Shown in pieces: positions 1-9,200 of a stretch of DNA of 40,802 nucleotides. The position numbers and the translations under genes are program-made. The DNA comes from Promethearchaeota archaeon Loki_b31 (GTDB lineage Archaea; Asgardarchaeota; Lokiarchaeia; Sigyniarchaeales; SOKP01): positions 1-40,802 of the forward strand of contig NJBI01000032.1 in NCBI GenBank assembly GCA_005222975.1, written 5' to 3'. The notes beneath the pieces were generated by a model, which was not told the DNA's origin, did no database searches, and was given only the letters and a program-made list of their open reading frames with translations. Each line of letters opens with the position of its first letter. Position 1 is the stretch's first letter.

Positions 1-167
1 TTGGTTGGATACCTCAGATTCGTTTGAGAGAAGGGATAAATCAATGCTATAAAACATATATGGAGAAAGGATTTGAAGAAATTAATTGGAAAGATGAAGA
101 ACAATTATTCAATACTATTTTGAATAGACAAAAATTCCTACAAAACAAAAATGAAATCCAATTATAG
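1..167 (+). CDS. C-terminal end of probable NAD-dependent epimerase/dehydratase (partial, runs off window start)
   Basis: Frame from nt 3 reads GWIPQIRLREGINQCYKTY...EIQL* (TAG 165-167). GWxPxxxLxEGI is the typical C-terminal motif of extended-SDR sugar epimerases. Confidence 0.6.
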   Translation, partial: GWIPQIRLREGINQCYKTYMEKGFEEINWKDEEQLFNTILNRQKFLQNKNEIQL

Positions 168-169
168 GA

Positions 170-453
170 TGTGAAAAAAATTTCATCGGGAACTTATCTC
201 TATGAGCAGTCAGTTCAAAAATCGTGTTCTTCGACATTTAATACCACCTGAGATGAAAAAACTACATTGGCATATTGATTTTTTTTCAGGTTCATTTAAC
301 ACCAAGATAACTAAGATCGTTTTATTTCCGTCAAAATTAAAATAAGAATATGAAATAGCCGCGGAAGGACGATCAAAAATGGTTGATTTGGTGCCAAATT
401 TCGACTCTTCGATATTGTCCTTGTTTTATGCGATTTTTTATAATTTTTCGTAA
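170..453 (+). pseudogene. Degraded DUF123 / GIY-YIG (Uri-like) endonuclease
   Basis: Manual translation: GTYLY (189-203), frameshift, then NRVLRHLIPPEMKKLHWHIDFF, in-frame TAA at 343-345, EYEIA, VPNFDSS, and CPC in a shifted frame. This matches the DUF123 pattern RxxRH..KKLHWHIDYL..ECxIA..GFGSSDCxC. Confidence 0.75.
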
Positions 454-533
454 CTTAGCTCAGTGATTAATTGAATTAGCTAATCCTTAAAATCATGAAT
501 AAAAAAATAAAGAAAAAGAAATTGAAAAAGAAA

Positions 534-2027
534 TTAGAATCCATAAATAAGATAAAACTTCTTCTCTATGTATTCTATAAAGTAGCGCGGGTTTAAATCT
601 TCCCCTGTAATTCTTTTAATTAATTCGGTTGCTTGATAGATTTTACCATATTGGTGCACATTTTCTCGCAAATAAGTTAATAAGTTTGTAAATTCTCCTA
701 TTTCGTATTCTTCGGGTAAGGATGGATTCTTTTTAAGAGCATCCTTATAAATCTGGGCGCCATATAAGTTTCCTAAGAAATAAGTTGGGAAATACCCAAA
801 AGATCCAGAACTCCAATGTACGTCTTGTAATACACCGTCGGCATCGCTTGGTGGAGAGACCCCCAATAGGCCTTCCATTTTTTCGTTCCATAACTCTGGT
901 AGCTCACTAACCTGTACTTTTCCTTCTATAATGTCTTTTTCCATTTCAAATCTGAGAATAATGTGCATACCGTAAGAAACTTCATCGGCTTCCACACGAA
1001 TCAATGAAGGTTGCACCGTATTTATACTGCGATAAAAATCTTCCATTGATTTCCTCTTTAAATTTTTTGGAAAACTTTTTTCCAGTTTTGGATACCAGAA
1101 TTTCCAAAACTCTTTACTGCGTCCAACCATATTTTCCCACATGCGAGATTGAGATTCGTGGATACCCATCGAACATCCATCTGCTAAAATAGTGTCGTGA
1201 ATTTTTTCCATAAATCCCATTTGATAAAGAGCGTGCCCACATTCGTGAATAGTTCCAAAAAGGCATGTTGAGAAGAAATCTTCATTAATTCGTGTAGTAA
1301 TTCGCGTATCAGATGATGATAGAGATGTTGTAAATGGATGTACAGATTTATCTTGACGGCCATGTTCGAGATCAAAATTAAGTTTTTTTATAACTTCAAT
1401 ACTAAATTTCCACTGCTCATCCGGGTTCCATTTTTGCGTGATAATTGAAAAATCAGTTTTATCGCTAGAAGAGTCCAATTTTTTAATAATTTTATTGAGT
1501 TTTGGTTTTGATTTATTAAAAATGTTTGCAATCCAATCGTATGTCGCACCTGGTTCGTAGAGATCAATTAAAGTAGAGTATGGATCGGGGTGCGTTTCTA
1601 ATTTACTAGCGACTTCAATCTGCAGACCAATCATCTTTTCTAAAAGCGGTTGAAAAATTGAAAAGTTGTCTTTTTTCCTCGCTTCCACCCATTTACTATG
1701 GCCAAGAGAAGCGGTTTTTGCAATTTCTTCCACTAATTCGGTTGGTAATTTAACTTCCAGCTCGTATGCTCTTTTGGCTTCGCGTAAAGTGGCAGCATCA
1801 ATTAAATTTAAATCATTTAGTTTCTCAGCTTTTTTTATTAACTTTCCAATTTTATCGGAAATTAATCTTTCGTGCACAATTTTACTCATGAGTGCATTTT
1901 GCATTGCTCTCCCCTCAAATGATCCGTGAGGTAAATTAACTTGCTCATCCCACCCTAATAAAGCACGGATATAATTAAGACGAGTTATTTCGGTAAATTT
2001 TTTATTAAGTTCTTCTATAGGATTCAT
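534..2027 (-). CDS. Thermostable carboxypeptidase, M32 family (carboxypeptidase Taq/Pfu type)
   Basis: Motifs HPF, HECGH (HExxH), HESQS, IRVEADE, DVHW and GYFPTY; 497 aa. Confidence 0.96.
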   Translation of the reverse strand: MNPIEELNKKFTEITRLNYIRALLGWDEQVNLPHGSFEGRAMQNALMSKIVHERLISDKIGKLIKKAEKLNDLNLIDAATLREAKRAYELEVKLPTELVEEIAKTASLGHSKWVEARKKDNFSIFQPLLEKMIGLQIEVASKLETHPDPYSTLIDLYEPGATYDWIANIFNKSKPKLNKIIKKLDSSSDKTDFSIITQKWNPDEQWKFSIEVIKKLNFDLEHGRQDKSVHPFTTSLSSSDTRITTRINEDFFSTCLFGTIHECGHALYQMGFMEKIHDTILADGCSMGIHESQSRMWENMVGRSKEFWKFWYPKLEKSFPKNLKRKSMEDFYRSINTVQPSLIRVEADEVSYGMHIILRFEMEKDIIEGKVQVSELPELWNEKMEGLLGVSPPSDADGVLQDVHWSSGSFGYFPTYFLGNLYGAQIYKDALKKNPSLPEEYEIGEFTNLLTYLRENVHQYGKIYQATELIKRITGEDLNPRYFIEYIEKKFYLIYGF

Positions 2028-2229
2028 TTTAGATAAGTTAGTTTAATATATTTTTAAATTTGATATATACGACTTATATTGATGTATTGATGTAAACAAA
2101 AAAGATTTTCTTTTTTATCAAAAAAATAATTTTTTAAGAGTTCAGAATCTTATTAATTAAAGTTTTTAAATTAAGTGCTAAATTATTTATTAATCTCTTT
2201 CAAATAATTAAAGTTAACGTGAAAAATCA

Positions 2230-2580
2230 GTGTCTTACGACTTAGAGAATTTGACAGTTATTTCTTTTATTGGAATATTCCTATTAATTTTTCTTATACT
2301 TATCATTAGGGAGAAAAAAGAACACAGAAATTTAATAATTCAAATTTTGTTTATATCTACTCTTATTTTCATAAACTCTTTTATTCGATTTCCTATATTT
2401 AACTTTATTATTTTAGTTGTTATTGTTGCTTTGTTTGGTTATCTATTAGTAGCATTACTTAAACCGTATGTGTTAGTCAAAAAAGAGAAAGATTCGTTCT
2501 TAAAATTAGATAAGATAATAAACGAAAATACTGAAAACTCTAATTCTTCAAATGAAAACGGCATAAAAATGGTGGATTAA
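2230..2580 (+). CDS. Small membrane protein (about 3 TM), probably co-transcribed with the downstream gene
   Basis: Three hydrophobic stretches; 16 bp upstream of the next ORF on the same strand. Confidence 0.6.
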   Translation: MSYDLENLTVISFIGIFLLIFLILIIREKKEHRNLIIQILFISTLIFINSFIRFPIFNFIILVVIVALFGYLLVALLKPYVLVKKEKDSFLKLDKIINENTENSNSSNENGIKMVD

Positions 2581-2596
2581 TATAACTAACATAATA

Positions 2597-4066
2597 ATGG
2601 CTTTAATTCCTTTAATTCCAATGTATATCCTTTTCTTTGGGGCTTTTGTCGTATATCTTATTCCAAAAAATGTTAAAAGGAAACAGGTAATTTTTGGATT
2701 ATTAATTTTTAGTTTAGTTCTTAATTCATTTTTGTGTGTAATATACATTTTTAATATTTTTAACGGATCAAATTTAAAAGGTACATATCTAACAATCGAA
2801 CTGATACTTATTTTTGGCTTAATTGCAACCAAGTTTTCTAATAATGAGTTAGAAAGTTCCTCAAATAAAGATTTATATGACTTTCTTTTATTAATTATTA
2901 TATTTGGGTTAATTGGAATCGTTTTGACAAAAAATATAGTGTCTATAATCTTATGGTTTTTGTTTCTCACTTCAATTTTTGGTATAATCTTCTTCATCGA
3001 TAATTTCAAAAAAGAGTTAGTATTGTTAAAACTCTATTTTATTGTTCTAATCATCAGCGCAATTTGCTTGATAGGAGCAACAATTTTAATTTATTTAGCA
3101 ACCGGAAGTTTAGAATTAGATGTAATAAATGGAATTCAAATCTCCGAAGAGCTCAATAATTTTATCTCAATCACTTTATACTTAGGAATTGGTTTATTAT
3201 GTGGTTTAGTTCCTTTCTCAATATTTCATTTGAAAAACTATTTTCAAGATAATTCATACGCTAACTTGCTTCTTTTTTCAACTTTTATTTACATTACCTC
3301 TTTTATTGCGATTAGAATTCTTAATGTCTTAAGTCACGAGTCGTTGATAATCAGTTTTATGCTAATAACTCTTTTAATTTTGGGGATAATATTACCTATG
3401 GTTTATATTACAATAGAATTATTCACCCACATAGATGGAAATACATATTCTATTAAAAAAATATTTGGATATTCAGTTGTATTAGATTTCAACATGATTT
3501 TACTATTCGTTGAGTTTTCTAATCTACTAACTACCCCTTTAAATGAGATTTTTCTAAATTCTATAATTTATTTCTTACTGACTATTTTTTCGGTTAAAAT
3601 GTTAATTTTTTATACTTTCTATCCTATCATGATTAATACTGACGAAGATAACATGAAGTTATTAGGTGGCTTTAAGAACAAGTATAGGAAGTTTGGCACG
3701 GGTTTATTAGTTTCGGGTTTGATAATTATTGTTTTATTAGGCTTTTTGTTTTTAAATAATATTTTACCTATACTATTTAGTTATGAAATTGCTTCTAATT
3801 CTTTATATTCATTAACAGCAAGTATTGTCCTAACGATCTATGTTCTTTTTCTAATAGTAGTTCTTATTGTTGTATCTACAAATTTCAATCACTTATATAA
3901 CCAGAATGAGCCTCAATATTTACAAAGGGATAGTGCGAAAAATATACATTCAATTGATTTTATTCCAATTATAGTCCTTTTCGTTATAATTGTTTGTCTC
4001 AGTTTAAGCTATATCTTTATCGGCAACTTTTTTTACGATTTATTCAAAGATTTCTTTTACATTTAA
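2597..4066 (+). CDS. Polytopic membrane protein, divergent MrpD/NuoN-like (proton-conducting antiporter-subunit) fold
   Basis: 489 aa, about 14 TM. Segments GLIGIVLTKNIV, LIYLATGSL, GLVPF, IKKIFGYS and LLGG line up with Proton_antipo_M landmarks, but the key charged residues appear absent. Confidence 0.6.
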   Translation: MALIPLIPMYILFFGAFVVYLIPKNVKRKQVIFGLLIFSLVLNSFLCVIYIFNIFNGSNLKGTYLTIELILIFGLIATKFSNNELESSSNKDLYDFLLLIIIFGLIGIVLTKNIVSIILWFLFLTSIFGIIFFIDNFKKELVLLKLYFIVLIISAICLIGATILIYLATGSLELDVINGIQISEELNNFISITLYLGIGLLCGLVPFSIFHLKNYFQDNSYANLLLFSTFIYITSFIAIRILNVLSHESLIISFMLITLLILGIILPMVYITIELFTHIDGNTYSIKKIFGYSVVLDFNMILLFVEFSNLLTTPLNEIFLNSIIYFLLTIFSVKMLIFYTFYPIMINTDEDNMKLLGGFKNKYRKFGTGLLVSGLIIIVLLGFLFLNNILPILFSYEIASNSLYSLTASIVLTIYVLFLIVVLIVVSTNFNHLYNQNEPQYLQRDSAKNIHSIDFIPIIVLFVIIVCLSLSYIFIGNFFYDLFKDFFYI

Positions 4067-4070
4067 AGAA

Positions 4071-5588
4071 TTAGCTCAAGTCATGTTTCACAAATACTTC
4101 AGCTGCGAACTCGACATCCTCTATAGTAAGAGGTCTTGCCATGGTTTTTTGTAGCTCAGTTATCAATTGTAAGCATAACTTTAAACTTAGTGAACTACCT
4201 TTCTTTTCGATAATCTTTTGAAGCGCGCTTGATAATTCCTCACCAATCTTTCTCTCTTCAAGTATAGGTCGTTTTTCTTCAGGAATAACCAAGTTTATAT
4301 CAAGCGTGATATCTTCTTTATCCAATTCAGCTTCTTTTGTCTCAACCGTAGAATCAGATTTTGAAAATAACATTAAATCCTCAGCTTTTTTCTCTACTTT
4401 TTGCGATATTTGAGCTCTATAAGTAGTTTTTGGTACTTCTGCCGACGGTGGTTGCGGAGCTTTTATCTCTGATTTTTTTGAAGGTAAAGGTTGTACTTTA
4501 ATTCTTTTAGAGAACTGAATTTTTCCAGGGATTTCAAATTTCATTTTCATGTCTGCTTTTTTTCTTAGTTCAGCTTGCTCTTTTACTTTTTTTTGTAAAT
4601 CATCTAAATTATTCTTGAGCTCATTTATATAAGTAAAATCTTGATAGTTGTTACATATTTTTATCAATTCTTTATACTTAGAAATAGCGAGTATTAAGTT
4701 TCCCTCTCTACTTAGATTTTTAGCTTCATTCAACAATTCTGTAAAAAAATGAGGTAACAGTTTTTTTAAACTCAGCATTTTAGCAATTAAGGATTTGATT
4801 TTTTCTTTAATGTTCGCCTTGATTAAAGAAATTTCTTCGAAATGTGGAATATCCAATTCGTTCTTTATGAGTTTAATATCTTCATCTTCAATTAAGTCGC
4901 GCTTAGTTCCGAGAATCAGTAATTTTGAAAATTTGCTTTCTTGCTTTTGCAAGTTTAGGAAGTGATTAATCACTCGTAAGTGGTAATTTGATAAATCAAA
5001 TAGTAGGATAACCAAATCGGAGCCTTTTATAAATTTTGACCACAAAAGCGAGAAGTTATCTTTTAGCGCAAAATCCCAAATATCAAATTTTAGGTTGTCA
5101 ACCATATACACAGAAGCTCTAGCAAAATTCATGATTGCGCGCTCGTCACCACCTTTCAACATGGCATAAAGCAAAGTTTTTCCTGAATGAGTTGGACCTA
5201 TTATTGTAATTTTTGAGTGTAATTCATATTGCTGCTCTCTCAAATAATCTACAAATTCCCGCTTAACATCACTTGAATTTTTTAAGTCTATCGGGTTTGG
5301 GAACAACTCTTTAAACTTTTTAGTCGTATTCTCTATCGCTGGACCGATATAGTCAAGACTGTCAACCAAATCGGTTATAAATAAAAATAGTACATTCCCC
5401 TCTGATTTGTGAAATATTTGAAAATGTTCTGATACCGGCCGATGATATATTTTACCTGATATTGGCATTTCGATGTAGGATTGAATAATCTTTATTACAT
5501 TATTCAACTCATCTTCTGCTAAAGCTAAAGCGTATGTGTGATTGTAAACGCAATCCCCGCCTACGAATATGTGAATTTGTCTCAGCAT
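4071..5588 (-). CDS. Longin-like domain + atypical small GTPase + helical (MIT/TPR-like) region + C-terminal helical domain
   Basis: N-terminus is longin-like (IHIF...LFLFITD...KKFKELF). G1 GPTHSGKT, G3 IWD, G4 GTKRD, DLVILLFDLS. Followed by EAKNLSREGNLILAISKYKELI, a coiled coil and a Pro/Lys/Glu-rich linker. Confidence 0.75.
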   Translation of the reverse strand: MLRQIHIFVGGDCVYNHTYALALAEDELNNVIKIIQSYIEMPISGKIYHRPVSEHFQIFHKSEGNVLFLFITDLVDSLDYIGPAIENTTKKFKELFPNPIDLKNSSDVKREFVDYLREQQYELHSKITIIGPTHSGKTLLYAMLKGGDERAIMNFARASVYMVDNLKFDIWDFALKDNFSLLWSKFIKGSDLVILLFDLSNYHLRVINHFLNLQKQESKFSKLLILGTKRDLIEDEDIKLIKNELDIPHFEEISLIKANIKEKIKSLIAKMLSLKKLLPHFFTELLNEAKNLSREGNLILAISKYKELIKICNNYQDFTYINELKNNLDDLQKKVKEQAELRKKADMKMKFEIPGKIQFSKRIKVQPLPSKKSEIKAPQPPSAEVPKTTYRAQISQKVEKKAEDLMLFSKSDSTVETKEAELDKEDITLDINLVIPEEKRPILEERKIGEELSSALQKIIEKKGSSLSLKLCLQLITELQKTMARPLTIEDVEFAAEVFVKHDLS

Positions 5589-5782
5589 TTTCTTCCAGTC
5601 TTTATTTTTTTAAAGAAATCTTTTTATCAACCTTAATAATTATTAGATAAAACTTCCTAATATAGTTTTTACATTCAATATTTCTAAAAACCAAAAGTGA
5701 TATACAGATTTTTTCAAAAAATTTAACTTTTTCTTATCATTTTATTTATTAATTGCAATTTCAATAATTAAAAATCTCGATA

Positions 5783-6739
5783 ATGCCGTTGGAACAAAAT
5801 CACATAGCAAATTTTCTCAAAAATAATTCAAATCCTAGATCTAAATCTGAGTTATTCAATCTTCTTAGAGATAGGATTGAAGAGTTATGTGAGATTTGTT
5901 CAAAGGATCGTATCCGAAATGTACTTAACCCAATGTGTTATCATCGCTTTTTACTTGCATTAAGGCTCTTGAATGGATTAGAAATTGAAGACCAGCCTGA
6001 ATTCTGTTATGGTGTTCACAAAGATATAGTTTTTCGGGATTTTAGGAATAAAACGATAATATACAAACCAAACGATGCGTATTTATATTTAATAGATTTC
6101 TTTGATGTTTTTTTCCACGGTGATTATAGAAAACTCAACAAATTCTTTTCTAAAAAAGATTTTAAAGAAGCTAATAAAATTTTTGACGATAGAATAAATA
6201 ATAGAGATGAACACTTTCAATATCTATTAACCGATGATAAAAATTTTATGGTATTCAAATACGAAGAAAAAGTTCATGTTGCTTTTATTAAGGAGAATTA
6301 CGCTCTCTGCAACGCTAATCGAGAAAATATTACAGATTTAGAACTCTTATTTGGATTATGCAAACTCTTCGCACGAATTTATTTTCCAGAAATAAAGTTA
6401 AAATTAATTCCAACCAATTGTGTGGAGATTAAAACCATTATTCCTAAAGAGACAATTTTAAAAATTAGCTCTACAGAACCTACAGAAGAAGATTCTAAAC
6501 GAGATAAATACATATGGAATGTTTTCCCTAGTGAGCTTGATACATTAAGTCAATTTTCTAAAGAAATAAACATATATTTAGATAAAAAGAAAAATTTGGT
6601 AATAAGGTTACATATTGGCATAGAATCTGAGGGTATCCTCAATCGATCTAAACGCAATTTATTACGCTATAGAGATTTGAGATTAATATTTAACATTCTT
6701 TATCGTTTGTATAACGATTTCTATATACTACACATTTAA
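5783..6739 (+). CDS. Hypothetical protein with N-terminal Cys/His cluster
   Basis: 318 aa ORF with CEIC..CYH..CY; no family recognised. Confidence 0.7.
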   Translation: MPLEQNHIANFLKNNSNPRSKSELFNLLRDRIEELCEICSKDRIRNVLNPMCYHRFLLALRLLNGLEIEDQPEFCYGVHKDIVFRDFRNKTIIYKPNDAYLYLIDFFDVFFHGDYRKLNKFFSKKDFKEANKIFDDRINNRDEHFQYLLTDDKNFMVFKYEEKVHVAFIKENYALCNANRENITDLELLFGLCKLFARIYFPEIKLKLIPTNCVEIKTIIPKETILKISSTEPTEEDSKRDKYIWNVFPSELDTLSQFSKEINIYLDKKKNLVIRLHIGIESEGILNRSKRNLLRYRDLRLIFNILYRLYNDFYILHI

Positions 6740-6777
6740 TACATAAAAAATAGGATAAAAAACATAATAGTTATAAG

Positions 6778-8022
6778 TTGGTTAAAATGAGCGAAAAAAA
6801 CCAAAAAAATCCAGAAATTACCAAGATAAAAGATTTCGTGAAAGATGGTAGAATAGACGATGCAGTCAAGATTATTGCACTCTATCTTGGTGATTCAACT
6901 CAGGAAGATTATATAGAAAGACTTGAAGATATAATCGAAATGCTATTGTTACTCCATGGTGGGCAAACCGTCTTAAGGTTTCTAATAGAGCAATTAGTTA
7001 TTGACATCCCCTCTTTATTAGAAAACCTCTCAAAGCGCGATTCTATCTTAAGATATAGCTTTCTTTTACTCTTGAAGACGATGTGTGAGAAAGAATGTTC
7101 TATTTTTCTTCCCTACAGTGAAGACTTATTAAGTTCTGAAGATCCAAACGTTAGAGAAGCCGTTTTACAGCTCATAATTTTTATGGCAGGAGGAGAAAAT
7201 AAGATCGAGGACGAATCGTTGATTGGAAAGATCGCTGATACCTTAACTGAGGAAAAAGAATTCGTAGTTGAGAAAGCAGTTCAAGCGTTAAAAGTTATAG
7301 GTAGAAATAATCCATCCTTAGTCACCAAGATAATTACTCTTAAAGTTAAAGAAAATCCCGAGAACGAAGAATTAAAAAGTGTTGTAGATATTGTGCTAAA
7401 ATCAATTGTTACAGTTGAGAAAATCGATGAATTAGTTGAAGAGAGTGAGAAAAGGGAAATTACAGATAAGGAATTAATAGAAAAAGAAGAGGCAGAAATT
7501 ATCGATAAGGAACTCGAATTAAAAAAGAAAGAAATAGAAATCAAGAAAAAAAAGTTGGAATTACAAGAGAAAGAAAAAGAAATAGAAAAGAAAATTATTC
7601 AAGAAAAGGAAAAAACACTAAAATTAAAGGAAGAAATCATTGAACAAGAGAGTAAAGAACAATCTGATATTGAAACAGATGAAATCCCCAAAAAAGTAAA
7701 AAAACAATTAAAGAAAGAAGAATCTGAAATTCTCGATAAAGAAATCCTTCTAAAAAAGAAAGATTTAGAAATTAAAAAGAAAAAACTGGAGTTAGAATTT
7801 AAAGAACGCGAGATAGAAGAGTTGGCTATTATCGAGAAAGAGAAAACCTTGAAGCTCAAAGAAGAACTAATAGAAAAAGAAAGTGAATTATCACAGGTAG
7901 AAATCGAATTACATCAAAAGAAAATCGAAGAGAAAGAGAGAAAAATTTTGGAAGGCGAACTTGAAAGAGCGGAAGATAAAATAAAGGACCTTGAAAAAGA
8001 AGCTGAAGATGACGAAGGCTAA
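6778..8022 (+). CDS. HEAT-repeat protein with C-terminal charged coiled coil
   Basis: HEAT motifs LLSSEDPNVREAVLQLI and EEKEFVVEKAVQALKVIG; K/E-rich tail. ATG at 6787 is an alternative start. Confidence 0.8.
   Translation: MVKMSEKNQKNPEITKIKDFVKDGRIDDAVKIIALYLGDSTQEDYIERLEDIIEMLLLLHGGQTVLRFLIEQLVIDIPSLLENLSKRDSILRYSFLLLLKTMCEKECSIFLPYSEDLLSSEDPNVREAVLQLIIFMAGGENKIEDESLIGKIADTLTEEKEFVVEKAVQALKVIGRNNPSLVTKIITLKVKENPENEELKSVVDIVLKSIVTVEKIDELVEESEKREITDKELIEKEEAEIIDKELELKKKEIEIKKKKLELQEKEKEIEKKIIQEKEKTLKLKEEIIEQESKEQSDIETDEIPKKVKKQLKKEESEILDKEILLKKKDLEIKKKKLELEFKEREIEELAIIEKEKTLKLKEELIEKESELSQVEIELHQKKIEEKERKILEGELERAEDKIKDLEKEAEDDEG
7483..7884 (+). repeat. Intragenic duplication of 57 codons (7483-7653 and 7714-7884)
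   Basis: KEEAEIIDKELELKKKEIEIKKKKLEL...EKEKTLKLKEEIIEQES versus KEESEILDKEILLKKKDLEIKKKKLEL...EKEKTLKLKEELIEKES; offset 231 nt. Confidence 0.9.
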
Positions 8023-8044
8023 ATTTTTTAACATCTACTAATTT

Positions 8045-9088
8045 CTATTCTTCTTCTTCGTCATCAACTGCATCAAAATTAATGCTTGAACTAGGTTTAT
8101 TCTCGCTTATTGGCGTTACATATAATCTTTTCACAATTGCTCTTATAGTCCCTATTTTTAAGCTATCAGGTGGCAATCCTTTTTGGATGTCCTTTGCGAG
8201 CTGGTAAGCAAGTTCTATATATTTTAAATCTTCAAGAAATTCTACAATTTGTATTTTATAATCGTTATCATCGATTCCAGATCCATATTCCAACAATTTT
8301 TCTTTCAATAGAATATCAATTTTTTCAGTTCTCTCAATGTAGCGTACTTTTTTAACTAATTGATTGAACGAATTGAAAATATTATATAATTCTGAACGGG
8401 GATAATCGTCTATATTTTTTAAAATGTAAAATAAAAAAAGTTCTGCTTTTTCGTAACGTTTGATTTTTAAACTTATTTCTAACAGCTCGAGAAGTGCTTG
8501 TTCGTAAAGAAATTTACTTTCGATATTTGGAACGATTTTATCAAAAATCCAATCAATGAGGTTTGGTTGGTTAAATCTTTCAGCAACATCAATTAAGAGT
8601 TTAATTACAGAAAAATATAGCTTAGCATTTTCTGTTTTAGTAGCTGTTAGAAACGAAACTAACGAATACTTGATTCTGCCCATAGCATCTTCCAAGTTAA
8701 TAGGAGTTTCGGCGAATTTATAAAATGCTGATTCTAAGATGGGTTGGACTTTTTCTCTATTTTTAAAATCGTAAACAAAATATTCGCCCCAATTTGGACC
8801 AACTTTCTCAACTCCTTTTTTCTCTTCTTTTTGAGTTTGACCAAGTTTGGGAGTTCTCAGTTTACGCTCTTTTAATTTTTCTAACTGAACTTTTGCTTCT
8901 TCTTCAGATAAAAATTCAAGAATAATTTTATTTTTCTCATTCGGAACAATGATTTTAAAGAAAACTTCTTCATCTTCGTTAAATAGAGCTTCCCTTAATT
9001 CTTTTGGAAGTGTTACACCGGTTTTAGTTTTTTTTATAATATCCTCAAAAAAAAAATCGTCGTTAGGTTTCTTCTCTTCTTGTGCCAT
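8045..9088 (-). CDS. AbrB/MazE-like N-terminal domain fused to alpha-solenoid region
   Basis: GVTLPKELREAL...FKII..NKIILE fits a swapped-hairpin domain; the remainder is helical, TPR-like. Confidence 0.6.
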   Translation of the reverse strand: MAQEEKKPNDDFFFEDIIKKTKTGVTLPKELREALFNEDEEVFFKIIVPNEKNKIILEFLSEEEAKVQLEKLKERKLRTPKLGQTQKEEKKGVEKVGPNWGEYFVYDFKNREKVQPILESAFYKFAETPINLEDAMGRIKYSLVSFLTATKTENAKLYFSVIKLLIDVAERFNQPNLIDWIFDKIVPNIESKFLYEQALLELLEISLKIKRYEKAELFLFYILKNIDDYPRSELYNIFNSFNQLVKKVRYIERTEKIDILLKEKLLEYGSGIDDNDYKIQIVEFLEDLKYIELAYQLAKDIQKGLPPDSLKIGTIRAIVKRLYVTPISENKPSSSINFDAVDDEEEE

Positions 9089-9200
9089 ATTTATTCTTAG
9101 GAAATATAATTTTTTAATTATATGTTGTAATACTGATAAAATTTATTAGATATTTGTTTACAAACAACGTGGATGAGAGATAAATTAGTTTCAAACGGTT

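Noticed and set aside
2548-3009. 153-aa minus-strand ORF and other antisense ORFs in the track (e.g. 7281-7859, 12455-13353, 26181-26825, 30360-30617, 35974-36264, 37245-37475)
   Set aside because: They overlap better-supported genes on the opposite strand and show shadow-ORF composition with no motifs.
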